DNA from: Escherichia coli
GTDB lineage: Bacteria; Pseudomonadota; Gammaproteobacteria; Enterobacterales; Enterobacteriaceae
Assembly (NCBI RefSeq): GCF_001677475.2
Contig: NZ_CP015229.1
Direction: 5' to 3' (one strand)
DNA length: 64,000 nt
Shown: piece after piece, positions 43,035 through 55,111 of the stretch
Position numbering within the stretch: the stretch's first letter is position 1
Layout: each line of letters begins with the position of its first letter
Translations under genes and position numbers: made by a program
Notes under the pieces: generated by a model
The model's input: the letters and a program-made list of their open reading frames with translations, nothing else
What the model was told of the DNA's origin: nothing
The model's database searches: none

Positions 43035-43122
43035 GTTCACTGCCGTACAGGCAGCTTAGAAATTCACAGGTAACATACTCCACCCGCCCACCATGTTCAC
43101 TGCCGTACAGACAGATAAAATG
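43035..43122 (+). CRISPR. Orphan type I-F (Ypest-type) CRISPR mini-array: 2 repeats, 1 spacer, no cas genes
   Basis: Repeat 1 GTTCACTGCCGTACAGGCAGCTTAGAAA (43035-43062), 32-bp spacer TTCACAGGTAACATACTCCACCCGCCCACCAT, degenerate repeat 2 GTTCACTGCCGTACAGACAGATAAAATG (43095-43122); AT-rich leader-like region upstream. Confidence 0.8.
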
Positions 43123-43165
43123 CGAAAAAAAAGCTCGCACTTTCGTACGAGCTCTTCTTTAAATA

Positions 43166-43253
43166 TGGCGGTGAGGGGGGGATTCGAACCCCCGATACGT
43201 TGCCGTATACACACTTTCCAGGCGTGCTCCTTCAGCCACTCGGACACCTCACC
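43166..43253 (-). tRNA. serW: tRNA-Ser (anticodon GGA)
   Basis: Reverse complement GGTGAGGTGTCCGAGTGGCTGAAGGAGCACGCCTGGAAAGTGTGTATACGGCAACGTATCGGGGGTTCGAATCCCCCCCTCACCGCCA: long variable arm, GGA anticodon, 3' CCA. Confidence 0.92.
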
Positions 43254-43442
43254 AAATTGTTTTGTCGCCTGACCTCATGGGGGCAACGGGGCGCTACTAT
43301 AGGGAGTTGGAGTAAAACGGTCAAGAAGAATTTTAATGATAATTATTGTTTGCTCATACTGTAAACAAGTTGTGCAGTATATCTACATCGAGACAAGTTA
43401 TGGATTTATACTTCCAAAGTACTTCATACATATCACAAAATA

Positions 43443-43468
43443 AAAAGGTCGGCTAAACCGACCTTTTA
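43443..43468 (-). terminator. Intrinsic terminator of infA
   Basis: AAAAGGTCGGctaaaCCGACCTTTT hairpin with flanking A/T runs. Confidence 0.65.
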
Positions 43469-43505
43469 CTCGTTCTTTCTCTTCGCCCATCAGGCGGTAA
43501 AACAA

Positions 43506-43727
<222 letters not shown>

Positions 43728-44008
43728 ATCCTCTGGGGTATCACTACCGTAATTTGAACCGGCAAGATAATGCCGAAGTTCTGTAAATAAGTAAAGATTT
43801 GCGCGCTAAATCGCAACAAACAGGTTCGGCACATTACTCCGAAAACACACGGCTAAGCCGCACCAAAAGCGCAACGTATAAGGGAGCGGTGAGATAAACG
43901 ATGGGCGTTACCTGACGCGAAAAATTCCTTATCGGCAGCGGGGTAATGAGCGTAACCAACTCTGCGACCGCAATTATAACACTCTGGGGAGAAATGTGCC
44001 GAAAACAT

Positions 44009-44713
44009 TCATTCTTGTGGTGAAAACAAGCACCGTGGTACCCAGAAATTATTCGGCAATCGTCCGAGGCGCATTTGATTGAGATAATTGAGATAATCCC
44101 GGCGAGGAATTTCGCAGGCACCAAGCGACGCTGTGTGATCGTTAAGTACCTGGCAGTCGATAAGTTTACCGCCATGACCAATAAATTCCTCACAGAATAC
44201 CAGAAGCGCCGTTTTAGACGCATTTTCCATCCGGCTGAACATGGACTCGCCACAAAATAGCGTTCCCTGGGCCACGCCGTACATACCGCCGACAAGCTCA
44301 TCTTCACGCCAGACTTCAATAGAGTGGGCATGACCGAGTTCGTGAAGGCGATGGTAGGCTTCGACCACGCCACGCGTGATCCAGGTTCCTTCTTCGCGAT
44401 CGCTGGCACAGCCTTCAATGACCTGACCAAAAGCGTAATTCATCGTGACTCGATAGGGCGAGCGTTTATGAAATCGCTTCATACTACGGCTGATATGCAG
44501 TGATTCTGGCCATAGCACCGCGCGAGGATCGGGCGACCACCAGAGGATGGGGTCGCCTGGAGAAAACCACGGAAAAATACCACGCTGGTAAGCCATTAAC
44601 AGGCGCGCAGGGCTAAGATCGCCCCCCAGTGCCAGCAGGCCGTTAGGCTCACGTAATGCGCCTTCCGGGGAAGGGAAGGCTATTGAATGGCGAGAAAGCT
44701 GAACCAGGCGCAT
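44009..44713 (-). CDS. aat: Leucyl/phenylalanyl-tRNA-protein transferase
   Basis: 234-aa [38 protein letters not shown]. Confidence 0.9.
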
Positions 44714-44754
44714 GACCGCAAAACTCCACGCTAGTCGGATCGTTCAATAATAGC

Positions 44755-46476
44755 TTACAAACCCTGCTTAAACTGGTAATAACGCCCCTGTCTGGCAAGC
44801 AGTTCTGCGTGAGTACCTTGCTCAATAATTTGCCCGTTGTCCATCACTATTATTTTCTGGAAACGAGAGAGTCCGCGAAGTCGATGGGTGACCATTAACA
44901 CCGTTTTCTCATGCATCATTTCTGCAAGCAATTCAAGGATCTGACTTTCGGTTGTGGCATCTAAGCCTTCTGTAGGTTCATCCAGCAATACCAGCGGCGC
45001 ATCATGTAACAGCGCACGGGCGATAGCCAGACGGCGCAGTTCACCACCGGAGAGCTGGCGTCCGCCTTCACCTAACCAACTGTTGAGACCTGCATCCTCG
45101 AGCAGCTTCTCCAGACCAACGCGACGTAAGATCTCCGCCAGAGCCTCATCACTACTGCCAGGTGAGGCGAGTAACAGATTATCACGCAGCGTGGCGCTAA
45201 ACAGATGCACTCGCTGTGGCACAACGCTGATGGTCTGTCGTAGAGTCGCTTCATTCAGACTGGCTATGGGGCTATCGTTAAGCAAAATCTCGCCCTGTTG
45301 CGGGTCCCATGCGCGGGTCAGCAGTTGTAACAGTGTTGATTTGCCGCATCCGGTTCGCCCGAGAATCGCTATATGTTCCCCGGCGTTTACCTGAAGAGAA
45401 ATCCCTTTAAGTGCCTGTTGGGATTGCTCCGGATAAGTGAACTGAACATCCCGTAATGTCAGCGAAACGCGATCGGCAACACGAGTTTGGGTATCAGGGA
45501 AGGTGACCTCCGGTTTTTGATCCGTTAAATCAGTGATCCGAACGGCAGAGGCAATGACTTGCCCCAGATGCTGAAATGCACCCGTTACTGGTGCCAGTGC
45601 TTCAAACGCGGCTAACGCGCAGAAGACAAACAGGGCAATTAACGCGCCGGGTTGAGCATTGCCGCCAACGCCGCCAGACGCCATCCACAGCATCAGGATC
45701 ACCGCTAACGCGCCAATGAGCAGCATTATCGCTTGCGACAATGCGGTTAGTTCAGATTGACGGCGTTGCGCTTCCAGCCATTGAATTTCTGTATTCTCTA
45801 GTTGCGTGCGATAACGATCGCTGGCACCAAAAATGGTCAGCTCAGCTTGCCCTTGCAGCCAGGCCGTCAGTTGTTGGCGATACTGCCCGCGAAGATGAGT
45901 CAGATTTTGCCCGGTGCTTTTTCCCGCACGATAAAACAGCGGTGGCATCAGGAAAAGCGTCAGTAACATAATGCCGCCCAGCGTAAAGGCGAGGGTGAAA
46001 TCAAGGAAACTTAACCCGACTGTCACCACCATAATCACCACAAAAGCGCCCACCAGCGGCGAAATAACGCGCAGGTAAAGATGATCGAGCGTATCAACAT
46101 CCGCCACCACGCGGTTGAGCAATTCGCCCTGACGATAGCGCGCCAGTCCGGCAGGGGAGAGGGGTAGCAATTTGCTGAAGGTGTAAATGCGCAGATGCTG
46201 CAACACGCGGAAAGTCGCGTCGTGACTTACCAGACGTTCAAAATAACGCCCGGCAGTACGGGTGATTGCTGCGCCACGCACGCCCGCAGCGGGTAGCATG
46301 TAGTTGAAGCTGTACAGTCCGGCAACCCCCGCAATCGCTGAGGCGGAGAGGAACCAGCCCGAAAGTGTCAACAGACCGATACTGGCGAGCAGCGTGACAA
46401 TTGCCAGCACGATACCAAGACTTAACATCCATTTATGACGTTTATACAGTGCCAGATAGGGTAGCAAAGCGCGCAT
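44755..46476 (-). CDS. cydC: ABC exporter subunit CydC (glutathione/cysteine export, cytochrome bd assembly)
   Basis: 573-aa ORF; N-terminal TMD plus C-terminal NBD (GRTGCGKST, LSGGELRR). Confidence 0.9.
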   Translation of the reverse strand: MRALLPYLALYKRHKWMLSLGIVLAIVTLLASIGLLTLSGWFLSASAIAGVAGLYSFNYMLPAAGVRGAAITRTAGRYFERLVSHDATFRVLQHLRIYTFSKLLPLSPAGLARYRQGELLNRVVADVDTLDHLYLRVISPLVGAFVVIMVVTVGLSFLDFTLAFTLGGIMLLTLFLMPPLFYRAGKSTGQNLTHLRGQYRQQLTAWLQGQAELTIFGASDRYRTQLENTEIQWLEAQRRQSELTALSQAIMLLIGALAVILMLWMASGGVGGNAQPGALIALFVFCALAAFEALAPVTGAFQHLGQVIASAVRITDLTDQKPEVTFPDTQTRVADRVSLTLRDVQFTYPEQSQQALKGISLQVNAGEHIAILGRTGCGKSTLLQLLTRAWDPQQGEILLNDSPIASLNEATLRQTISVVPQRVHLFSATLRDNLLLASPGSSDEALAEILRRVGLEKLLEDAGLNSWLGEGGRQLSGGELRRLAIARALLHDAPLVLLDEPTEGLDATTESQILELLAEMMHEKTVLMVTHRLRGLSRFQKIIVMDNGQIIEQGTHAELLARQGRYYQFKQGL

Positions 46477-48243
46477 TTAAATCTCCTCCTGACGATGGGC
46501 CAGTAATGTGGCGAATGGGCCACCAGCCACACTTAATTCCGCGTAACGTCCTTGCTCAATAATCCGGCCATCCTGCATAACCCAAATGACATCCCAGTCA
46601 GCAAGATCTTCTAACTGGTGGGTGACCATTAACGTTGTCTGGCGCAGAGAGGCGGCATTCAGCGCCTCCATTACGCGCTGTTCACTGTGAGCATCAAGGC
46701 TGGCAGCGGGTTCATCCAACAGTAATAGCGAGCAGGGATTCAGTAACGCACGGGCCACCGCCACGCGCTGCGCCTGCCCCACGGAAAGGCGGGCAGCCTG
46801 GTCGCCAACAGGCGTATCAACGCCTTGTGGCAGGAGCGGTAGAAACTCACTGACCCAGGCGTTATCCAGCGCTGTTTGTAACTCGTGTTCGCTGGCATCA
46901 GGTCGTGCCAGTAGTACGTTATCCCGTAGTGTTGCTGCCGGTAATTGTGGGTTTTGCCCAACCCAGGAGAGATGTTTACGCCATGATTCCGGTGATAAAT
47001 CGCGTAATTCTATCCCGTTGATTCGTAGCGATCCCTGATATGAGAGAAAACCAGAAAGCGCGTTCAACAGTGAACTTTTACCTGAACCGCTGCGACCAAC
47101 CAACACCGCACGTTGGCCAGCTGGCAAAGTAAAGTTCAGCGGTCCGGCCAGCGTTTTACCTTCTGGTGATGTAATAAACAGCTCCTCGGCTTCAATGGTC
47201 ACCGGATCGGTCGATGCTAATTCCGCCTCACCACGCTGCGGATGGGCAAGCGGGGTTTCCATAAACGTTTTCAAACTGTCAGCTGCACCAACAGCCTGGG
47301 CTTTAGCATGATAAAACGTACCGAGATCGCGTAATGGCTGGAAAAACTCCGGCGCAAGGATCAGGGCCAGAAAACCCGCAGCCAGCGTCACGCCAGTATC
47401 GTAGTGACCAAAATCCAGCTCGCCGAGATAGGAAAAACCAAAGTAGACCGCCACCAGAGCAATTGACAGCGAGGTAAAAAATTCGAGAATGCCGGAGGAT
47501 AAAAACGCCAGCCGCAGCACTTCCATTGTCCGTTGGCGGAAATCTTCCGAAGCAGAACGAATACTTTCAATTTCAGCTTCACCACGACCAAAAATACGCA
47601 ATGTTTCCATGCCGCGCAGGCGATCGAGAAAATGCCCACTTAAGCGAGCAAGAGCGAGAAAGTTGCGTCGGTTAGCATCGGCAGCCCCCATTCCAACCAG
47701 CGCCATAAATAACGGAATTAGCGGTGCAGTGCCCAGTAGAATCAGCGCTGCAGCCCAGTTAGAGGGGAAGATAGCCACCACAATCAGCAACGGCACCGAC
47801 ACTGCCAGCGCCATTTGCGGCAGGTAGCGTGCATAGTAATCATGCATATCGTCAATTTGCTCGAGTACCAGCGTCGCCCAGCTCCCCGCCGGTTTACCCT
47901 GAATCCACGCTGGCCCTGCTTGTTGCAGACGGTCGAGAACCTGACGGCGGATGGCAAAGCGGATATGCTGCCCGGCGTGATAACCCACCCGTTCGCGTAA
48001 CCAGACCACCCATGCGCGCAGTACAAAGGTCAGAACCAGTAACGTAAAGGGAAGCAGCAGAGCTTCACGGGGAATATTCTCCATAATCATATGTTGCAGA
48101 ATTCGCGCCATGAACCAGGCCTGGGCAATGATCAATATGCCGCTCACAAAGCCCAGCAGACGAGAAATATTCAGCCAACGTTGGGAGATGACGCTTTGCT
48201 GTTTTAACCAGCGGGTTAACTCTTTTTGACGGGATTTATTCAT
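46477..48243 (-). CDS. cydD: ABC exporter subunit CydD
   Basis: 588-aa ORF; NBD motifs GRSGSGKSS, LSVGQAQR; directly abuts cydC. Confidence 0.9.
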   Translation of the reverse strand: MNKSRQKELTRWLKQQSVISQRWLNISRLLGFVSGILIIAQAWFMARILQHMIMENIPREALLLPFTLLVLTFVLRAWVVWLRERVGYHAGQHIRFAIRRQVLDRLQQAGPAWIQGKPAGSWATLVLEQIDDMHDYYARYLPQMALAVSVPLLIVVAIFPSNWAAALILLGTAPLIPLFMALVGMGAADANRRNFLALARLSGHFLDRLRGMETLRIFGRGEAEIESIRSASEDFRQRTMEVLRLAFLSSGILEFFTSLSIALVAVYFGFSYLGELDFGHYDTGVTLAAGFLALILAPEFFQPLRDLGTFYHAKAQAVGAADSLKTFMETPLAHPQRGEAELASTDPVTIEAEELFITSPEGKTLAGPLNFTLPAGQRAVLVGRSGSGKSSLLNALSGFLSYQGSLRINGIELRDLSPESWRKHLSWVGQNPQLPAATLRDNVLLARPDASEHELQTALDNAWVSEFLPLLPQGVDTPVGDQAARLSVGQAQRVAVARALLNPCSLLLLDEPAASLDAHSEQRVMEALNAASLRQTTLMVTHQLEDLADWDVIWVMQDGRIIEQGRYAELSVAGGPFATLLAHRQEEI

Positions 48244-48299
48244 TGCACGCTTAGCAGGTGAGTTATCAGAATTATTTGCAGAGCAATGTTACAACGAGG

Positions 48300-48340
48300 A
48301 AAAAATAAAGGCGACCCATAGTCGCATGGTGTCGCCTTCT
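48300..48340 (-). terminator. Intrinsic terminator of trxB
   Basis: Minus strand reads AAGGCGACaccatgcgactatgGGTCGCCTT followed by TATTTTTT. Confidence 0.7.
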
Positions 48341-48365
48341 TTACTTTTGTTACTGATTTGTAAAA

Positions 48366-49448
<1,083 letters not shown>

Positions 49449-49874
49449 TCAAATTCTCCCGTCATTATCACCTCTGCTACTTAAATTTCCCGCTTTATAA
49501 GCCGATTAAATGATGAATAAACGCCCCTGGTAATGAATATCTGGCATGTTGTACTAAAAATCGATGTTTTGCTTTGACAATCCCCTGGTGTTTTGCGAAA
49601 ACATTCGAGGAAGAAAAAAACAGTATTCTTATATGCGCATAACCATGCATGTAAATACCATGTTTACCGTGCTAGTGAAATCTACGTATGGCGTGGACAG
49701 ACGCCATTCGTGATGTCGATAGCTGCCACAAGGCAACGGTCTTCTCACCGTAGACCCAGGCATTGCGCGCCGTGAATCTTCATGATTTCGGTCTATCGTG
49801 ACGGGTAGCGACTCTGAACAGTGATGTTTCAGGGTCAGACAGGAGTAGGGAAGGAATACAGAGAGACAATAATA

Positions 49875-50369
49875 ATGGTAGATAGCAAGAAGCGCCCTGG
49901 CAAAGATCTCGACCGTATCGATCGTAACATTCTTAATGAGTTGCAAAAGGATGGGCGTATTTCTAACGTCGAGCTTTCTAAACGTGTGGGACTTTCCCCA
50001 ACGCCGTGCCTTGAGCGTGTGCGTCGGCTGGAAAGACAAGGGTTTATTCAGGGCTATACGGCGCTGCTGAACCCCCATTATCTGGATGCATCACTTCTGG
50101 TATTCGTTGAGATTACTCTGAATCGTGGCGCACCGGATGTGTTTGAACAATTCAATACCGCTGTACAAAAACTTGAAGAAATTCAGGAGTGTCATTTAGT
50201 ATCCGGTGATTTCGACTACCTGTTGAAAACACGCGTGCCGGATATGTCAGCTTACCGTAAGTTGCTGGGGGAAACCCTGCTGCGTCTGCCTGGCGTCAAT
50301 GACACACGGACATACGTTGTTATGGAAGAAGTCAAGCAGAGTAATCGTCTGGTTATTAAGACGCGCTAA
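49875..50369 (+). CDS. lrp: Leucine-responsive regulatory protein
   Basis: ORF trimmed to MVDSKKRPGKDLDRIDRNILNELQKDGRISNVELSKRVGLSPTPCLERV, 164 aa. Confidence 0.95.
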   Translation: MVDSKKRPGKDLDRIDRNILNELQKDGRISNVELSKRVGLSPTPCLERVRRLERQGFIQGYTALLNPHYLDASLLVFVEITLNRGAPDVFEQFNTAVQKLEEIQECHLVSGDFDYLLKTRVPDMSAYRKLLGETLLRLPGVNDTRTYVVMEEVKQSNRLVIKTR

Positions 50370-50409
50370 CACGGAACAGGTGCAAAATCGGCGTATTTTG
50401 ATTACACTC

Positions 50410-50425
50410 CTGTTAATCCATACAG
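50410..50425. promoter_or_regulatory. LexA box (CTGT-N8-ACAG) in the ftsK upstream region
   Basis: CTGTtaatccatACAG read directly; ftsK is recalled to have an SOS-inducible promoter. Confidence 0.55.
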
Positions 50426-50503
50426 CAACAGTACTGGGGTAACCTGGTACTGTTGTCCGTTTTAGCATCGGGCAGGAAAAGCCTGTAACCTGGAGAGCCT
50501 TTC

Positions 50504-53500
50504 TTGAGCCAGGAATACACTGAAGACAAAGAAGTCACATTGACAAAGTTAAGTAGCGGCCGCCGCCTTCTGGAGGCGTTGCTGATCCTTATTGTCCTGT
50601 TTGCCGTCTGGTTGATGGCTGCCTTACTAAGCTTTAACCCTTCGGACCCCAGCTGGTCGCAAACGGCCTGGCATGAACCTATCCATAATTTAGGTGGGAT
50701 GCCCGGTGCGTGGTTGGCAGATACGCTGTTCTTTATTTTTGGCGTGATGGCTTACACCATTCCCGTCATTATTGTCGGCGGTTGTTGGTTTGCCTGGCGT
50801 CATCAGTCCAGCGACGAATACATTGATTATTTTGCCGTTTCGCTACGCATCATTGGCGTTTTGGCGCTCATCCTTACCTCCTGTGGTCTGGCGGCAATCA
50901 ACGCTGATGATATCTGGTATTTTGCCTCCGGTGGCGTCATTGGCAGCTTACTAAGTACTACGCTACAACCACTGCTACACAGTAGCGGGGGAACTATTGC
51001 GCTGCTCTGCGTTTGGGCTGCGGGCCTGACGCTGTTCACCGGTTGGTCATGGGTGACCATTGCTGAAAAACTCGGCGGCTGGATTTTAAACATTCTCACC
51101 TTCGCCAGTAATCGTACCCGTCGCGATGATACCTGGGTCGATGAAGATGAATATGAAGATGACGAAGAGTATGAAGATGAAAACCACGGCAAACAGCATG
51201 AAACACGCCGTGCCCGTATTCTTCGCGGCGCGCTAGCGCGTCGTAAACGGTTGGCGGAAAAATTCATTAATCCGATGGGGCGGCAAACAGACGCTGCGTT
51301 GTTCTCCGGTAAGCGGATGGATGATGAAGAAGAGATTACCTACACTGCACGCGGTGTGGCTGCCGACCCGGACGACGTCCTATTTTCGGGCAATCGTGCA
51401 ACGCAGCCAGAATATGACGAATACGATCCATTATTAAACGGTGCGCCAATTACCGAACCTGTCGCTGTAGCAGCTGCTGCTACCACGGCGACACAAAGCT
51501 GGGCTGCGCCGGTTGAACCTGTGACTCAGACGCCGCCTGTTGCCTCTGTTGATGTTCCACCTTCGCAACCTACAGTAGCCTGGCAGCCTGTACCGGGTCC
51601 ACAAACGGGAGAGCCGGTTATTGCTCCTGCACCGGAAGGTTACCCACAGCAGTCACAATATGCGCAGCCTGCAGTGCAATATAATGAGCCGCTGCAACAA
51701 CCAGTACAGCCGCAGCAGCCGTATTATGCACCTGCAGCTGAACAACCTGCGCAACAGCCGTATTATGCCCCTGCGCCAGAACAACCGGTGGCAGGTAACG
51801 CCTGGCAAGCCGAAGAGCAGCAATCCACTTTTGCTCCACAGTCTACATACCAGACTGAGCAAACTTATCAGCAGCCAGCCGCTCAGGAGCCGTTGTACCA
51901 ACAGCAGCAACCCGTTGAACAGCACTCTGTTGTGGAGCCTGAGCCCGTTGTAGAAGAGACAAAACCCGCGCGTCCGCCGCTTTACTATTTTGAAGAAGTG
52001 GAAGAGAAGCGTGCCCGTGAACGTGAACAACTTGCGGCCTGGTATCAACCGATTCCTGAACCGGTTAAAGAACCAGAACCGATCAAATCTTCGCTGAAAG
52101 CACCTTCTGTTGAAGCAGTATCTCCAGTGGAAGCCGCTGCCGCTGTTTCCCCTTTGGCATCTGGCGTGAAAAAAGCGACACTGGCGACGGGGGCTGCTGC
52201 AACCGTTGCCGCGCCAGTCTTCAGTCTGGCAAATAGCGCTGGACCGCGTCCGCAGGTCAAAGAGGGGATTGGCCCGCAGTTGCCACGACCGAAACGTATC
52301 CGCGTGCCAACTCGTCGTGAATTGGCGTCTTACGGTATTAAGCTGCCCTCACAGCGTGCGGCGGAAGAAAAAGCCCGTGAAGCCCAGCGCAATCAGTATG
52401 ATTCTGGCGATCAGTATAACGATGATGAAATCGATGCGATGCAGCAGGATGAACTGGCACGTCAGTTCGCCCAGACACAGCAGCAACGCTATGGCGAACA
52501 GTATCAACATGATGTGCCCGTAAACGCAGAAGATGCAGATGCTGCGGCAGAGGCTGAACTGGCTCGTCAGTTTGCGCAAACTCAACAACAACGTTATTCC
52601 GGCGAACAACCGGCTGGGGCGAATCCGTTCTCGCTGGATGATTTTGAATTTTCGCCAATGAAAGCGTTGTTGGATGATGGTCCACACGAACCGCTGTTTA
52701 CGCCAATTGTTGAACCTGTACAGCAGCCGCAACAACCGGTAGCGCCACAGCCGCAGTATCAGCAGCCACAACAGCCAGTTGCGCCACAGCCGCAGGATAC
52801 CCTGCTTCATCCGCTGTTGATGCGTAATGGCGACAGCCGTCCGTTGCATAAACCGACGACGCCGCTGCCTTCTCTGGATTTGCTGACACCGCCGCCGAGC
52901 GAAGTGGAGCCGGTAGATACCTTTGCGCTTGAACAAATGGCGCGCCTGGTGGAAGCGCGTCTGGCTGATTTCCGTATTAAAGCCGATGTCGTCAATTACT
53001 CTCCGGGGCCGGTTATCACTCGCTTTGAATTGAACCTGGCACCGGGCGTAAAAGCGGCGCGCATTTCTAATTTGTCACGGGACCTGGCCCGTTCACTTTC
53101 TACGGTGGCGGTGCGTGTCGTTGAAGTTATTCCTGGCAAACCCTATGTAGGTCTGGAGTTACCGAATAAAAAACGACAAACCGTTTATCTGCGCGAAGTT
53201 TTGGATAACGCCAAATTCCGCGATAATCCGTCGCCATTAACCGTGGTGCTGGGTAAAGATATCGCCGGTGAGCCGGTGGTTGCCGATCTGGCGAAAATGC
53301 CGCACTTGTTGGTTGCGGGGACTACCGGTTCCGGTAAGTCTGTCGGTGTGAACGCGATGATCCTGAGCATGCTTTATAAAGCACAGCCAGAAGATGTGCG
53401 TTTCATCATGATCGACCCGAAAATGCTGGAGCTTTCGGTTTATGAAGGCATTCCGCACCTGTTAACGGAAGTCGTTACTGATATGAAAGATGCCGCCAAC

Positions 53501-54337
53501 GCGCTGCGCTGGTGTGTTAACGAGATGGAACGTCGGTATAAACTGATGTCTGCGCTGGGTGTGCGTAATCTGGCGGGTTATAACGAAAAAATTGCTGAAG
53601 CCGATCGCATGATGCGTCCGATTCCAGACCCGTACTGGAAGCCGGGTGACAGTATGGATGCCCAGCATCCGGTGCTGAAAAAGGAACCGTACATTGTGGT
53701 GTTGGTGGACGAATTTGCCGACCTGATGATGACGGTAGGTAAAAAAGTGGAAGAGCTGATAGCACGTCTGGCACAAAAAGCCCGTGCCGCGGGTATCCAT
53801 CTCGTACTGGCAACTCAGCGTCCATCGGTTGATGTTATTACTGGTCTGATTAAAGCGAATATTCCGACCCGTATCGCCTTTACCGTATCCAGTAAGATTG
53901 ACTCACGTACCATTCTTGATCAGGCTGGCGCGGAATCACTGCTGGGTATGGGGGATATGCTTTACTCTGGGCCGAACTCCACGTTGCCGGTACGTGTTCA
54001 TGGTGCTTTTGTTCGCGATCAGGAAGTTCATGCCGTGGTGCAGGACTGGAAAGCGCGTGGTCGCCCACAGTATGTTGATGGCATCACCTCCGACACTGAA
54101 AGCGAAGGTGGCGCGGGCGGTTTCGATGGTGCTGAAGAACTGGATCCGTTGTTCGATCAGGCGGTGCAGTTTGTTACTGAAAAACGCAAAGCGTCAATTT
54201 CTGGCGTACAGCGTCAGTTCCGCATTGGTTATAACCGTGCAGCGCGTATTATCGAACAGATGGAAGCGCAGGGGATTGTCAGCGAACAGGGGCACAACGG
54301 TAATCGTGAAGTGCTGGCCCCACCGCCGTTTGACTAA
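50504..54337 (+). CDS. ftsK: DNA translocase FtsK (1277 aa here; shorter PQ-rich linker than the ~1329 aa recalled for K-12)
   Basis: TTG start [12 protein letters not shown]-terminal membrane domain, long Pro/Gln-rich linker, C-terminal motor (GTTGSGKS) and winged-helix gamma domain. Confidence 0.92.
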   Translation: MSQEYTEDKEVTLTKLSSGRRLLEALLILIVLFAVWLMAALLSFNPSDPSWSQTAWHEPIHNLGGMPGAWLADTLFFIFGVMAYTIPVIIVGGCWFAWRHQSSDEYIDYFAVSLRIIGVLALILTSCGLAAINADDIWYFASGGVIGSLLSTTLQPLLHSSGGTIALLCVWAAGLTLFTGWSWVTIAEKLGGWILNILTFASNRTRRDDTWVDEDEYEDDEEYEDENHGKQHETRRARILRGALARRKRLAEKFINPMGRQTDAALFSGKRMDDEEEITYTARGVAADPDDVLFSGNRATQPEYDEYDPLLNGAPITEPVAVAAAATTATQSWAAPVEPVTQTPPVASVDVPPSQPTVAWQPVPGPQTGEPVIAPAPEGYPQQSQYAQPAVQYNEPLQQPVQPQQPYYAPAAEQPAQQPYYAPAPEQPVAGNAWQAEEQQSTFAPQSTYQTEQTYQQPAAQEPLYQQQQPVEQHSVVEPEPVVEETKPARPPLYYFEEVEEKRAREREQLAAWYQPIPEPVKEPEPIKSSLKAPSVEAVSPVEAAAAVSPLASGVKKATLATGAAATVAAPVFSLANSAGPRPQVKEGIGPQLPRPKRIRVPTRRELASYGIKLPSQRAAEEKAREAQRNQYDSGDQYNDDEIDAMQQDELARQFAQTQQQRYGEQYQHDVPVNAEDADAAAEAELARQFAQTQQQRYSGEQPAGANPFSLDDFEFSPMKALLDDGPHEPLFTPIVEPVQQPQQPVAPQPQYQQPQQPVAPQPQDTLLHPLLMRNGDSRPLHKPTTPLPSLDLLTPPPSEVEPVDTFALEQMARLVEARLADFRIKADVVNYSPGPVITRFELNLAPGVKAARISNLSRDLARSLSTVAVRVVEVIPGKPYVGLELPNKKRQTVYLREVLDNAKFRDNPSPLTVVLGKDIAGEPVVADLAKMPHLLVAGTTGSGKSVGVNAMILSMLYKAQPEDVRFIMIDPKMLELSVYEGIPHLLTEVVTDMKDAANALRWCVNEMERRYKLMSALGVRNLAGYNEKIAEADRMMRPIPDPYWKPGDSMDAQHPVLKKEPYIVVLVDEFADLMMTVGKKVEELIARLAQKARAAGIHLVLATQRPSVDVITGLIKANIPTRIAFTVSSKIDSRTILDQAGAESLLGMGDMLYSGPNSTLPVRVHGAFVRDQEVHAVVQDWKARGRPQYVDGITSDTESEGGAGGFDGAEELDPLFDQAVQFVTEKRKASISGVQRQFRIGYNRAARIIEQMEAQGIVSEQGHNGNREVLAPPPFD

Positions 54338-54347
54338 TTAATGCATT

Positions 54348-54379
54348 GCCGGATAAGGCGGTAGCGTCGCATCCGGCAC
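54348..54379. repeat. REP element
   Basis: GCCGGATAAGGCGGTAGCGTCGCATCCGGCAC downstream of ftsK. Confidence 0.8.
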
Positions 54380-54489
54380 TCTATCAACTGAAAATTCAGT
54401 ATTTTCTTCTTTCCTCAAGCTGATTATTAGCCTGGAATAGAGAGTAGAGGGAACTCCCGATCGGGAGTGACGTAATTTGAGGAATAATG

Positions 54490-55101
54490 ATGAAAAAAAT
54501 TGCCATCACCTGTGCATTACTCTCAAGCTTAGTAGCAAGCAGCGTATGGGCTGATGCCGCAAGCGATCTGAAAAGCCGCCTGGATAAAGTCAGCAGCTTC
54601 CACGCCAGCTTCACACAAAAAGTGACTGACGGTAGCGGCGCGGCGGTGCAGGAAGGTCAGGGCGATCTGTGGGTGAAACGTCCAAACTTATTCAACTGGC
54701 ATATGACTCAACCTGATGAAAGCATTCTGGTTTCTGACGGTAAAACACTGTGGTTCTATAACCCGTTCGTTGAGCAAGCTACGGCAACCAGGCTGAAAGA
54801 TGCCACCGGTAATACGCCGTTTATGCTGATTGCCCGCAACCAGTCCAGCGACTGGCAGCAGTACAATATCAAACAGAATGGCGATGACTTTGTCCTGACG
54901 CCGAAAGCCAGCAATGGCAATCTGAAGCAGTTCACCATTAACGTGGGACGTGATGGCACAATCCATCAGTTTAGCGCGGTGGAGCAGGATGATCAGCGCA
55001 GCAGTTATCAGCTGAAATCCCAGCAAAATGGGGCTGTGGATGCAGCGAAATTTACCTTCACCCCGCCGCAAGGCGTCACGGTAGATGATCAACGTAAGTA
55101 G
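54490..55101 (+). CDS. lolA: Outer-membrane lipoprotein carrier protein LolA
   Basis: [27 protein letters not shown] signal peptide; 203 aa. Confidence 0.92.
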   Translation: MKKIAITCALLSSLVASSVWADAASDLKSRLDKVSSFHASFTQKVTDGSGAAVQEGQGDLWVKRPNLFNWHMTQPDESILVSDGKTLWFYNPFVEQATATRLKDATGNTPFMLIARNQSSDWQQYNIKQNGDDFVLTPKASNGNLKQFTINVGRDGTIHQFSAVEQDDQRSSYQLKSQQNGAVDAAKFTFTPPQGVTVDDQRK

Positions 55102-55111
55102 AGGCACCTGA

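Noticed and set aside
43056-43247. 63-aa ORF on the minus strand
   Set aside because: It lies entirely over the serW tRNA gene and the CRISPR repeat, so it is an artefact of the six-frame translation.
43296-43305. T7-promoter-like CTATAGGGAG
   Set aside because: Only the core matches; the upstream TAATACGACTCA portion is absent, so this is a chance similarity.
51653-52936. Several 100-195-aa minus-strand ORFs inside ftsK
   Set aside because: They are antisense shadow ORFs within the repetitive PQ-rich linker coding region, with no RBS and low-complexity translations.
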